Positions 49,332 through 62,201 of a DNA stretch of 64,000 nt are shown here, one piece after another. The DNA lies in the NCBI RefSeq assembly GCF_036365525.1, contig NC_090404.1:11932550-11996549 (forward strand), read 5' to 3'. A program made the translations under genes and the position numbers. Within the stretch, counting starts at the first letter, position 1. Every line of letters starts with the position of its first letter. Source of the stretch: Heterodontus francisci (taxonomy: Eukaryota). The notes under the pieces are model-generated. The model had not been told where the DNA came from and did no database searches. It saw only the letters and a program-made list of their open reading frames with translations.

Positions 49332-49632
49332 GGGCGCACAGTGGCGCAGTGGTTAGCACCGCAGCCTCACAGCTCCAGGGGCCCGGGTACTGCCTGTGTG
49401 GAGTTTGCAAGTTCTCCCTGTGTCTGCGTGGGTTTTCTCCGGGTTTCCTGCCAAAAGACTTGCAGGTTGATAGGTAAATTGGCCATTATAAATTGTCACT
49501 AGTATAGGTAGGTGGTAGGGAAATGTGGGGATGTTTGCTGGGAATATAGGATTAGTATAAAATGGGTGGTTGATGCTCGGCACAGACTCGGTGGGCCGAA
49601 GGGCCTGTTTCAGTGCTGTATCTCTAATCTAA
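49332..49632 (+). mobile_element. HE1-like SINE with internal deletions
   Basis: Same family as 11212-11575. Confidence 0.85.
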
Positions 49633-49796
49633 TACTTCCGGTTCCCATGTGACATTGTCGGATATGAAATGTCTGCAGAATCAGTTCCATTTCTATCCCG
49701 GTCACAGGGTTAAATAGTTCAGCCTGCTCCGGTACTGGTGGCAGTTTTTGGCACAGTACAGAAGGGTTACGATGCTCTCATTGTGACCCGTGGACA

Positions 49797-50276
49797 GTGG
49801 CGTGTTTCCCTATTTACTCCAGTCTGACTTTACTCCTCTCTATGCTGTGTAAGCACACGTGGAATCTGTGTACAATTAAACACAAATATCTCCAGTTATT
49901 CGGGCGGCTATTTGTAAATGTTCAATTTTTCTTCCAGCGTTGGCGGCGATTCTGTGCATTAAGACTAATCGACCAGGTCGGTGCGGGAAGGAGAAGCGGT
50001 GACGCTGAGTTGAAGTTTTGCAAAAGCAGATACCAGACCCTTACCAGTTCTGGTACCGGCAGCTTCCCGGTCGGGCTCCGGTAAACGTACAGCTTTTCAC
50101 CCAATATGACACCTTCCCGGTCGACTTCGCCAAGGGCCGTTTTACAGCAGAGCTGAGCACAGAGGAGAGCACGGTTCAGCTGAGAGTTTCTGGGGCGGAG
50201 CTGTCAGACAGCGCCGTGTATTACTGCGCTCTGAGACCACAGCTGCAGAACTCCGTGTCGGCCCTGTACAAAAACC
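49797..50276 (+). pseudogene. TRAV/TRDV pseudogene V6 with near-intact 23-RSS
   Basis: Leader starts GTG (49797-49848); exon from 49938 has TAA stops, Cys23 as TGA and a frameshift; 3' part FWYRQLPG..DSAVYYCALR; CACAGCT, 23 bp, ACAAAAACC (50238-50276). Confidence 0.9.
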
Positions 50277-50895
50277 TCAACACACGCTGTGTGTAACTTG
50301 GACCGTGTGTGACCGCACCACCCGCCATGTGATGGTCTGAATAGGACAGTTACTCTCCGGACAGAATATTCCCGCTGCCATCAGCTCCGAGTAGAGGAGT
50401 CAGATTTCAGAGTTTGTGCACTCGAAGGAAGGGACAGCAGGACACCTGCGAAGGTTTACTGGCCGAGTTACAGTGTAATGTGTTAAATTTCAAGTTCCTC
50501 TATTTACTCTCCGGTATTTTCCCCGCCCTGTTTGCAATCACACTATCACAGAGGCACCAGATGAAATCTTGCCCTTGTGTGTTTTCAGCGGAATATTAAT
50601 CAAAGCCGATCTCGGTCAGCCAGCTCAGTCTGATTAGTGACAGCGAGTGAAATAAACTGAACATCTTCATTTACATTCAACACCAGTCTTTGTTTCCTTG
50701 AGGTGACTTCCCTCAGGTCAAGCAAAGATAAAAATTTCTATCAGCTCAATTAAAGATGAAACTGTCTCTCAGTTCAATTAGAGATCAGTCTGTCTCTCTG
50801 GTCAATGAGAATTCCAGCTGTCTACCTTCTAATTCTTTTATCTGATCAGTGAGATGCGACGTTAATGTCTCAGTTCTCTGAAATAAACACATACC

Positions 50896-50934
50896 TGTGG
50901 TTAAGGAAGTGACATCAGACCAGTCAGAGCCAAT
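50896..50934 (+). promoter_or_regulatory. V7 promoter: Runx, Ets, CRE-like and CCAAT motif cluster
   Basis: TGTGGTT 50896-50902, AGGAAGT 50904-50910, TGACATCA 50910-50917, CCAAT 50930-50934, about 80-115 bp upstream of the ATG. Confidence 0.65.
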
Positions 50935-51010
50935 CCTCTCAGCTTTTCCTGTTTCTGATGTTCTGCAGGTTTCTGAGACACAGAAAGTCTCTAATTCCGG
51001 AACAGCAGCA

Positions 51011-52101
51011 ATGCGGCTCCCCTTTCTCGCCGTGGTCTGGGTGACATTCAATGCCGGTAAGAAGTTCAAAACTTTAAAAAGGGATGAATTTCTCGAGGAA
51101 TTAATTTAAAAAACAGAGAGTTCAAGTTAAACTTGTATCGAACCTTGGTTAGACCACCATTGGGGTGCTGTGAGAAGTTCAGGTCTCCATATTATAATCA
51201 GAATTCTAATTCTAATTATAATTCGGGAGAAAATGCAAAAACGGTGAACAAGGATGGTACAACAATTGAGAGATGGTAACTATCAGAAAAGATTGTAGAG
51301 GCTGTGATTCATTTCTCTATTGAAGAGAAGACTGAAGGGTAATTTGATCTAACTCTTAAAAATTATGAAAGAGTTCGATACGGTAAATGTGGAGGCGATG
51401 TTTCCACTTGCAAGGATTCCAAACTATGCGTCATCAATATAGGAGTCACGGAAAAATCCAATGGGGAATTCAGGAGAAACTTCTTTACCCGGAGTGGTGA
51501 GAATGTGGAACTCACGACCACAAGGAGTAGTTCAGGCGTATACATTGATGTATTAAGGGAAAGATAGATAAACAGATGAGGGAGAAAGGGATGGAAGGAA
51601 ATGCTGACAGAGTGAGATGAAGAGAGTGGAGGATGCTCTTGGGGAGTGTGAACCCTGGTATAGACCAGTTGGGCCGAATGACCTTTACTGTGCTGAAAAT
51701 TCTATTTAATTTTATGAAACACTGACTGCGAATTTTCACCGTCAGTTCTGTTCGTTTGAGGTTCTAACCGATGAATTCCGCTTTCTTTAACCGTGTGTTC
51801 CAGATCTGACCGATTCTGTTACTCAGCGGGAGTCCTCGCTCACACGGACAGAAGGAGAAGATGTCACTTTAACCTGCACCTATACGGACGATGCTTATTA
51901 CTTATTCTGGTACCGCCAATACCCAGGCAGACAGCCCGAGTTTGCAGTCCGGAGGCAAACAAGCGGTAGTGCTGAATTGAAGGCGGATTTCGCTCAGAAC
52001 CGGTTTTCTGATACAGTCCAACAGTCAGACAAGTTGTACCGATTGACCATCTCGGAACTGCGGCTGTCTGACACCGCGGTCTATTACTGTGCACTGAGTC
52101 T
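51011..52101 (+). CDS. TRAV: TCR alpha/delta variable segment V7 (leader 51011-51056, V exon 51804-52101), open; absent from the ORF track
   Basis: Leader MRLPFLAVVWVTFNA; exon DSVTQ..VTLTCTY..LFWYRQYPG..LTISELRLSDTAVYYCALS; intron enlarged by a CR1 3' fragment (~51120-51700). Confidence 0.92.
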
Positions 52102-52140
52102 CACAGTGATGGGAACGAGCTACAGCCTCGTACAATAACT
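52102..52140 (+). other. 23-RSS of V7
   Basis: CACAGTG, 23 bp, ACAATAACT. Confidence 0.9.
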
Positions 52141-52948
52141 GCCGCAGGTTTCTGGGTCACAGCTGCTGTCTGCTGAGGGCTGTTTATAACAGCGGATCGC
52201 ACACTGACAAGTGAGTACATTCCTGTGCGGGCAGAACCCGAGCACAATCCACATAAACACCATCTAAAATCATTCACATCGAACACTGACTCAGTCTGAT
52301 TATCACATTAACTGTGTGAGGGCAGAATTGGAACATAGGAACAGAGGTACAGGAATAGGCCATTCAGCCCATCGAGTTTGCCCCACTGTTGAATATGATC
52401 ATGGCTGATCTTCCACTTCAATGCCTTTGCCCCACACTATCCTCTTTGGGAACAAAAGGATCTTTGCCCGTTCTATTTCACCATTGGTTCGGTCTCAGTT
52501 ATTAATGCAGCAGGCACGATCTCTGTTTATTTTACACTAGGCTGTGTGGCAATTATTACTAAACTACACTATGCTTCTGCTTATATTAACCTAGACACCC
52601 CCCCGCCCCCCTCCCCCGCTGTTTATTCGTGTATCTCTGGGAATCCGCCATTCACATTGAGAATACAAACTCCTGGAACTAGTTATATTCGTGCACCACT
52701 GCTTCCGATATGACTCAAGGCAAATGAACAAATAATGTTTGGTTTAACATATCAGCCTACACTGTAAACAGAAGTACGCCAGGTGGGAAAGATCCTAATA
52801 GTTATACTAACTTGCTTAAACAATTCTCAATGCGAGAGACACTTGCGCATATTAAAACGAAGACCCTGCAATATAAACAGGTTCTGGGAGGTCGTTTTCG
52901 GGACAGGATTAGATGCTGATATTCTAATGGACTAATGGACTAACAATC

Positions 52949-53451
52949 TGTAAGGACATGCGTAGTCTGTCCCAGGCACCGGGCCAGATGGTCAGAATTC
53001 AAAATACTAATAGAGAAAAAAGTAGCAGAAACGTTGCGATGTTGAGGTAAAGACCGTGAAAAGGGCATTGTGCAAAAACAAGAAAACGGCGCGCACAATC
53101 ACTAAAGAGAATGTGTAATTTATAAGACGATTTATTGGGTTAACGGGTTAATGACTAATTAAAATAAATAACCTGAACACATTGACATATCAACACGTTA
53201 GCAAGATGTGACTAAGACTATAAAAGACGCAAACCGTAAATCTGAAACATCGTGAAAGACAGGAGCTTGAGACGGTGCAGGGACAAGAGACCAACTCTGT
53301 TCCTAATGGGAACGGGGAATGTCATTTCTCCTGTATCCATTGCCTGAGCTGAAAAGATGCTGAGCAATCTAAATTGTTAACTGTGCGTTGTCCTGAGCTA
53401 AATAAAACTATTTAATCGTCACAGCCGTTTTGGTGAAGTCTGCTTCTTACA
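52949..53451 (+). mobile_element. Probable solo LTR
   Basis: TGTAAG...CTTACA inverted termini, TATAAAA ~53219, AATAAA ~53401; no clean TSD. Confidence 0.5.
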
Positions 53452-54003
53452 AACGCAAGTTTGTAAACAATAGTTGTCCCATTGAAGGAAAGATTGCTGG
53501 GAGAGAATTCAGATTTATTCCACCAGATGGCAGCAAACACCCTCTACCGCCCTCCTCCACCGCACGCCCCCCACCCCCACACCCCCCCCCCCACCCCTCC
53601 CAGCATCCCCCACGCCCAGGAATCATCTTTCAGCAGCTGTCTGGAAAAGCTGATCTGTGTCAGTATTATACAGGTCACACACAGAGTCGCCCATTAACTG
53701 CTGAACGAGGTTTCATTGAGATAATCTCACCCACTGGCTGGTTAGGGATTAGTCTATCAGCAACCCCATGGGTTCAAATCATATTATGCTACGAGAACCC
53801 ACTTGGATTAAATTGGGGAGTTCACCTGTCTTCAGTGGAGTGGATTTTCCAGCCTGTCTCTGACGCACTCGATAGTGTCCAGGACAAATAAAATACAGAG
53901 TTCGGTCACTTCTACAAATTCGAACACCCATTCTGTCAGTACCTTCAGACTCAAGTTTAAGGTGATCTGGTGAGAAGTGTGAAACTATCGCACCATAAAA
54001 AGC

Positions 54004-54540
54004 ATCTTTTGCCCCGTTAGATTTCACCATTGTTTCGGTCTCAGTTATTAATGCAGCAGGCAGGATCTCTGTTTATTTTGCACTAGGCTGTGCGGCAATT
54101 ATTACTAAACTAGACTATGCTTCTTATACTACACTGGACCTCCGCCCCAGCCCAGTTATGCTACACTAGAATATGACCGTTTACATTACTCTAGGTTCTG
54201 TCTCACTCATTACTGCACTAAACCAGCCTCTATTTATATTAAACTCGACCATGTCTCTGTTTATGGTAAATTAGACGCTGTCTCTCGTTGTATTACATTG
54301 GACTCTATTTCATTTATTACTGCATTCGATCATCTCTGCTAAAATTAGACGAGGCCCTGTCTCAGTTATTAAAGCAGTGCAACATACCTCTGTTTACAGT
54401 ACACTAAGCAATGTCTTTGCTATTATTAGTCTAGGTCATCCCTCAGTTTATATTGCACTAGACCTTATCTCTTTTATATCACTGAGGCCCTATCTCAGTT
54501 ATTCACCAGACCATGCTTCTGATTATATTCCACTGTCCTA
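54004..54540. repeat. Degenerate ~31-bp minisatellite; first ~140 bp duplicated at 52459-52600
   Basis: Recurring TCTCTGTTTATT..TACACTAGAC units. Confidence 0.65.
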
Positions 54541-55549
54541 CCATAAATTTTCAACTCCTGTACAGTGAGTCAGGGGGGTTAAAAATAAACAGACATTTAT
54601 CAATCTGACTGTAGGTTAGTGACTGATGTACCCTAATATAGCAGAGGCTTGTCACTCAAACCTCGCTCTGCGCAGTCCAGAGACCTCCCAAGTAACGGCT
54701 TTCTGTGTCACAGAACACGGCGCCCAGGTGTAGAAGAGCCCAAGGGGAGTTGCCTGAATCCAGGGTGGTGGTGGTCTTGGTGTTGGGGCGGGATATGGCT
54801 TCTGCCATGTACCAGTGTCCCCGAATGGTTCCTTCCTGGGCTTGTATGAGGCCTCTGTTGCTGGGATTCGAGTCTAAGGGCTGCTCTCTGGGGATTGCTT
54901 TTTAACCATTGAGTACAAGACAGGCACTGAGCTGATCCACTGAGGGCCCCTGCACTCAACTGCACAGGAATATTGATCCGATCATCCTTTCATGCATTGT
55001 CCTATTTCAGATGTATCACGGTTTTATTTAATCTGTAGTTTATTTACCTGTCTGATTTTTTCAAGCGATCCTTCTAACGATTTTCTCCATCTGTTCTGCT
55101 TGTTTCCCCCTATATCACCATTCCCTTTACAATCCCGAGATTTCTACCAATCGCTGTGTTCCCTGGTGACACTGTACAGTCTGCAGCTTGTATGTGTGTC
55201 AATGAGCTTCTCCCAGCATTAGTCTCGTTCCTCTCTGTTCCTGTGTTTCACTCTACCTCATAGACTGTTTAATCAGCCGCCCCATAGTCCATGCGTGTTA
55301 CACAGAACAGTACCGATCCTTTTACCTCACTGCTCGACACCAGTGATCATGCTAACATAAATCTAATCGAGCTGTGCCTTTATATTTAAAAATACACACC
55401 TGCATCACCCTTCCATTCTGTGGTTTGCGTTTAATATGATGTTTCAATTCAGTAATGGCACCACGCACCATGTGTCCTAGACAAACACTTCTGCAGGAAG
55501 CGTCACATAGAAAATAGGAGCAGGAGTAGGCCTTCGAGCCTGCTGTACA

Positions 55550-57960
55550 GTGCAGAAGCTTGAGCTCCAGGTTTCGGACTTGGAACGGCGGCTGGAGTCA
55601 CTGTGGCTCATCCGCGAGGCAGAGAACTTTGTGGATAGCATGTTTCAAGAGGTAGTCATCCCGGAGCTTAAGAGAATACAGGCAGAGAGGGGCTGGGTGA
55701 CTGCCAGACAGACAAGAAGGTCAAGGCAGGTAGCGCAGAAGTCCCCGGAGGGCGTCCCACTTTCTAACTGGTGTTCAGTTCTGAGTACCGATGGGAGAGA
55801 GGGTTCCGCTGGAGAGTGCAGCGAGATTCATAACTAGAGCACCATGGGTGGCTCAGCTGTGCAGGGAGGGAGGAGAAAGGACAAGAGAGCAATAGTGGTA
55901 GGGGATTCTATAGTTAGGGGAACAGATAGGCATTTCTGTGGTCGCAGTCGTGATTCCCGGATGGTATATGTCCTCCCTGGTGCAAGGGTCAAGGATAACA
56001 CCGAGTGTCTACAGGGCATTCTGGTGCACAGCCAGAGGTCGTGGTCCACATTGGTACCAACGATATAAGAAGAAAAAGGGACGAGGTCCTGCAGGCTGAG
56101 TTTAGGCTGTTAGAAAAGAGATTAGCAAGCAGGACCTCAAAGGTGTCAATCTCCAGATAAGTCCAAAGACCACGTGCTAGTGAGTATGGAAATAGGAAAA
56201 TACATCAGATGAATACCTGGCTGGAGAGATGGTTCAGGAGGGAGGGCTTCAAATTTCTGGGGCATTGGGATCGATTTGGGGGAAGGTGGGACATGTAGAA
56301 ATAAGACGGTCTGCACCTAAACAGGACAAATATCCTGACAGGAAGATTTGCTAGTGCTGTTGGGGATGATTTAAAGTAGTTTGACGGGGGGGGGGGGGGG
56401 GGTGGGGATGGGGGGTGGGGTGGGAACCTGAGCGCCATCTTAGATCAGACAATATCAGGGCAGAAAATTAGCGAGTGACTCTGAAAGATAGAAGAAGCAA
56501 AAGTTAAAAAATGTGCAGCACAGGAATTTGTCAGTATTAAAGGATATTTATTTAGATGAAAGGCATATAGTAAATAAAGCTAATGAGTTGAGGGCACAGA
56601 TAAACACATGGCAACATGATATCGTTGCTAAAATGGAAACGTGGCTTAAAGAGGGACAAGAATGGCAGCTCAACATCCCTGGATATAAAGTTTTCAGGAA
56701 GTTTAGAGAGGAAGATAAAAAAGGAGGGGGTGTAGCATTATTAGTTAAGGGATCAATAAGAGCTTTGAGGAGGGATGATATGCTAAATGAATCATCAAAT
56801 GAGGCCATATGGGTGGAACTCAGAAATAAAAAAGGGGCAGCCACATTACTAGGAGTGTACTATAGACCCCCAAATAATGAGAGGGAGATAGAAGAACAAA
56901 TACATAGGCAAATTTCCGAGTGCAAAAACTATAGAGCAATAATACTTGGGGATTTCAATTACCCCATTATCAACTAGGGTACAAACAGTGTGAAGGGCAC
57001 AGAGGACACAACATTCTTGAACGGTTTTCAAGAGAACTCTTTTAGCCAGCACGTAACAAGCCCAACGAGAGGGGGAGACAATTTAGATTTAGTCTTCGGT
57101 AATGAAGCTGGGCAAATGGATGAAGTAACAGTGGGTGACCATTTTGGAGATAGTGACCATAATACAGTTAGTTTTAGCATAATTATGGAAAAGGATAAAA
57201 AAAAAGACAAAAAGTTCTAAATTGGGGGAAGGCAAATTTTATGAAACTGAGAGGTGACCTGACGAAAGTGTACTGGATAAATTACTTGAAGGAAAATCAG
57301 TGGCAAACCAGTGGGAGGCATTCAAAGGTGAGATACAACAGGCACAGTGTAGACATGTCCCCACCGAGATAAAGGATGGTACGGCCAAATCTGGAGCCCC
57401 CTGGATATCTAGAAGCTTGCAGGTTAAGTTATAGCAGGAAAAGAAAGCTTGTGACAATCACAAAAATCTTAATACTTTAGAAAGCATGGAGGAATCTAGA
57501 AAGTGCAGGGGTGAAGTAAAAAAGGAAATTAGAAAAGCAAAGCGTGGACATGAAAAATTATTGGCAGGTAAAATCAAGGAAAACCTGAAGACGTTTAATC
57601 AGTACATTAATAGCAAGAGGATAACTAAGGAAAGGGTAGGGCCAATTAGAGATGTACAAGGGAACTTATGCGTAGATGCAGAAGATGTCGGCAGTTTTCT
57701 TAATGAGTTGTCTCTGTCTTTACAAAGGAGAGGGTGATGCTGATATTTTATTTAAAGAGGAGGATTGTGAAATATTAGATACGATAGGCATAATGAGAGA
57801 GGAAGCACTAGAGGGTCTGGTATTCCTGAAAGAGAATAAATTGCCAGGGTCAGATGGATTTCATCCCAGGTTGCGAAAGGAAGCTAGGGAGGAAATAACA
57901 GATGGACTGAGGATCATCTTCAAATCTTCACCAGATACAGGAGTGGTACCTGACTATTGG
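55550..57960 (+). mobile_element. Degenerate CR1-type LINE 5' half (ORF1 esterase + APE)
   Basis: AIVVGDSIVRGTDRHFCG, ETWL, GVYYRPP, GDFNYP, GDSDHN. Confidence 0.9.
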
Positions 57961-57989
57961 ATGCATGTGCAATGACGGACCTGGCGCGG

Positions 57990-60265
57990 ATTCTTGCCTA
58001 ACAAGAATCTAGCTACCTGTGCTTTAAAAATATTCAATGGCCCCGCCTCCACCTCCTTCTGAGGCAGAGAGTTCCAAAGTCGCACAACTTTCTGAGAGAA
58101 AAAAAATCTCCTCATCTCTGTCCTAAAAGGGCAACCCCTAATTTTAAAACAGTGCCCGCCAGTTCTGGACTCCCCCCACAAAATGAAACATCCTTTCCAC
58201 ATTTACCTGGTCAAGACCATTTAGGATCTTATATACTTCGATCAAGTCTCCCCTCACTCATCGAAACTCCAGTGATAACAAGCCCAGTCTGACCAACCTT
58301 TCATTGTAAGACAACCCGCTCATTCCCGGTATCAATCTAGTAAACTTCCTCTGAACCACCTCCAACACATTTACACCCTTCCTTAAGTAAAGAGACCAAA
58401 ACTGCACACAGTATTCGAGATGTATTCTCACTGATGACCTGTATAACTGAAGCATAATATCCTTACTTTTATTTTCAATTCCTGAAGTAATAAAGGATAG
58501 CATTCCATTAGACTTCTTTATTATTGTACCTGCATACTAACCTTTGTGCCTTATGCAGTGGAACACCTAGATCGCTCTGCACCCCGGAATTCTGCAGTCG
58601 TTCTCCGTTTAAGTAATACTCTGCTTTTTTATTCTTCTTGCCAAAGTGAACAACTTCACATTTTCCCACATTATACTCCATCTACCAGATTTTTGCCCAC
58701 ACACTCAACCTATTTTATCGGTCTGCAACTTCCCTTTTTTCTCTTCACAACATACTTTCCTACCTATCATTGTGTCATCTGCAAATTTAACTACCATGTC
58801 ATTGCTCCCTTCATCTAATTCATTGATATTAACTGTAAAAAGTTGAGGCTCCAGCACAGACCCCTGTGGGACTCCACTCGTCACATCCTGCCAATCAGAA
58901 AATGACCTATTTATGCATGCTGTCTGTTTTCTTCCAGCCAGCCAATCTTCGATCCATGCCAATATGTTACCCCCGACACCGGGAGCTCCTAATTTGGGCA
59001 ATAACCTTTCAGATGACACTTGTCAAATGCCTCTGGAAATCAAGTACAATACGTCAACGGGGTTCCCTTTATCCACAGTGCATGTTGCTCCTTCAAAGAA
59101 TTCCAATAAGTTGGATAAACGTGATTTCCTATTCACAAAACAATGCTGACTATTCCCGATTACCTTGAGTTTTTCTAGCTCGAGCCGACTTGATGATCGA
59201 TTCCAATACCTTCCCACGACAGACGTCAAGCGAACTGCCCTATTTTCTGACCTGATTTCTGTATCGGCCCCGAAACCCCACACCGCACCTGAATAGAGGG
59301 GTTATATTTGCTACTTTCCAGTCTGATGGAACCTTGCCAGAATCTGGCAAATTTTGAAAATTAACACCAACGCATCTACTACCTCATTAACCACCTCTCT
59401 TCAGACCCTAGGATGTAGCCCATCAGGATCCGGGGACTTGTTAGCCCGCAGTTCCTTCAATTTGCTCAGTACCACTTCCCTGGTGATTGTAATTTCACCA
59501 AGTTCCTCTCTTCCTTCCACCTCCTGATTTACAGCTATTGCTGGAATGTTTTTTGCATCCTCTATAGTGAAGACAGAAACCAAATATTTGTTCATTTCAT
59601 CCGCCATTTCCTTATTATCTACTATGAGCTCCCCATTCTCTCTCCCTAGAGGACCAACACGCACTTTACTTACTCTTTTCCTTTTAAAATACACGTAGAA
59701 ACTCTTGCCATCCGTTTTTACATTTCTAGCTAGCTTCCTCTCCTATTCACATTTATTTCTCCTGATTAACCATTTAGTCATTCGCTGCCATTCTTTATAT
59801 TCTGACCAATAATCTGACCTGCCACTCATATTTGCGCATATATATGCTTTTTCCTTCAGCTTGATGCTTTCCTCAACTCCTTTAGTGAACCATGGATAGT
59901 GGATTCCCTTAGAATTTTTCTTTATAGTAAGAATATACTTATCTTGAGTATTCTGAAATACCGCCTTAAACATCTGCCATTTTTACTCTATTGATCTATC
60001 TGTTAACCTAGTAACCCAGTTCACTTCAGCTAGCTCAGCTTTCATGCCCACATAGTTGCCCTTTTCCAGTTTAGAATACTCGTCTTAGACCCGCTCTTCT
60101 CTCTTTCAAACTGGATGTAACATTCAATGATATTGTGGTCGCTGCTACCTAGAGGTGCCCTTACTCTGAGGTCATTAATTAATCCGGTCACTTTACACAA
60201 TACCAAGTCTAGTAAAACCTGCTCTCTGATTGATTCCAGAAAGTGCTGCTCTAAGAAAGTATCAC
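57990..60265 (-). mobile_element. Degenerate CR1-type LINE (RT)
   Basis: [25 protein letters not shown]. Confidence 0.88.
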
Positions 60266-60453
60266 AATTGAATATGCTTTCTTCATCCGGTCTTTAGTTT
60301 AAAGGTTCAAAACCTTTGTGGTTGTAAGGTATATACATTCAGGATCACTCCCAATCGATCTTTCTGCAACCAAGAGCTGTCAGATCAGGACAGTGTCGAA
60401 ACACAGAATTTCTCACACCCTGTTCACGGATATCTGAACCTTTCTCCCTATAG

Positions 60454-60468
60454 CCACCAGAGGGCGTC
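60454..60468 (+). promoter_or_regulatory. CTCF motif, forward
   Basis: CCACCAGAGGGCGTC. Confidence 0.7.
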
Positions 60469-61478
60469 AGATAACAATATTCATTTTATGGATCTGACCC
60501 CGGGCAGCGAAGTGATTTAAATTTATGTTAAACTTATATATATTCAAAAATATACTCCAAAACCTGAGTATAATTTGGAATATATGGACGCTCAATAGCT
60601 GAGATCAACTGATCTACATATCGAAGGATTCCTTCAGACCAGGTCAAGTGAGTGGAAGGTGTGGAAGATAGTGAAAGAATATTAAACTGTGAACGACAGA
60701 CACACCCTGAAATCTGAGTTCTGAATCATTAACTGCATCGTTACTGAAGGTTGATGTTAAATGAGTGAAAGACCAGTAGAAACCGCCTGTATTTTGTTTA
60801 TTTTCCTTCTCCACTCCTTTTGCCATTCTGAGTGGAATTTGTAACAGCAGTTTTTCATGTCCTGCTGATGTTGAGTATTCTGTTTTAGTGAGAACCCACC
60901 CTACATTCCGAAGACTTCGAACCCGCACCTAGCGCTCTGCTCCCGCCCACTTTCAGCCAAACAGCAACACATTGCGACAAAGCACTGATGCCTGTTCAGT
61001 AGTTTGTTCAGTAACAGCAGATATCATCGTTCTAATGTGATGGATCTATAAATCACTCCGATAAAATACCTGATCACTGTTAATTCACAAGTTAATTGAT
61101 TGGTGAGGGAAATCTCACTGGAGTCACGGTTACCAGTGTGCTGATGCTGAAGATACTGGAATTTGAGAAGAAGAATTAACGCCAGAATAAACCAAATCCA
61201 GTAACAATCTCATGTTTCCGGTTACAAGGGTTTCTGTCCCCGCCCCACGTCTCTAACAGCGGAACCATTCCCCATATAAGGACAGTGACTGTAGCCCAGC
61301 TCGGGGTGTTTCCATTCACTGACAGCCAGCTCACTACCTACCGCTCTCACAGCACCACTGGGGACACAAGGAAGTGAGGTGAGAGAATCCTGAGACACGA
61401 CAGCAGATTATTGAGGGTGGGGATTAGAACGGGTGTCTTCATATATCCAACTCCCCTTTTACAGAGCGGACAGCGATA

Positions 61479-61944
61479 ATGCGGCGACTCAGCATCTGGG
61501 TTGTGTGGGGAGCATTTCTGACAGGTAATTGTGGACAAAACACATTTCATCTTTTCTCTCGTTTCACAAACATGGTTTGAACCTGAATTTTCAACAACCG
61601 TCGGTCTGATCTTTTCCTGTTTAAACTTGTTTTTCAGATTTAAGTCATGGCGGTTCTGTCACTCAGCCGCGGTCCCCAGATGTTAAGACAGAAGGAGAAG
61701 CGGTGATTTTAAGCTGTACCTATGATACGACACGGAGCGAGTATTCTTTATACTGGTACCAGCAACACCCAGATACACAGCCCGAGTTTATACTGAGGAA
61801 AGATTCTGATAATTATGAAGATAAAGCAGATTTTGCTAAAAATCGTTTCTCTGCTGAGCTCCACACCGTGACTAAATTCACCAGTTTAACCATCTCGGGG
61901 CTGCAGCTGACTGACTCTGCCGTGTACTACTGCGCCTTCAGACT
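61479..61944 (+). CDS. TRAV: TCR alpha/delta variable segment V8 (leader 61479-61524, V exon 61638-61944), apparently functional
   Basis: Leader MRRLSIWVVWGAFLT; exon GSVTQP..VILSCTY..LYWYQQHP..DSAVYYCAFR. Confidence 0.94.
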
Positions 61945-61983
61945 CACAGTGATGGAAAGCAGTCTCACCCCTGTACAAAAACT
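61945..61983 (+). other. 23-RSS of V8
   Basis: CACAGTG, 23 bp, ACAAAAACT. Confidence 0.95.
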
Positions 61984-62201
61984 GCCTTTGGAGTGTGGGT
62001 GGGAGCTCCGGTCTGTTGGGGTGTGTGTAGAATCGCAGGCAGATGTGCAGCGACAATGTGCCGCGCGCTGTCAGGCACTCAAACACACACCGAGAGGAAA
62101 CCAAATTAACCTCAGATCAAACTGTCACCCAACTGTTTCCAGGAACGGCCGAGAAATCAAACTGCAGAATCCAATCAGACAGACAGATCCAGCACAGAAA
62201 A

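Noticed and set aside
52459-54540. ~31-bp repeats superficially resembling a CRISPR array
   Set aside because: Degenerate tandem units without unique spacers in vertebrate DNA; ordinary minisatellite.
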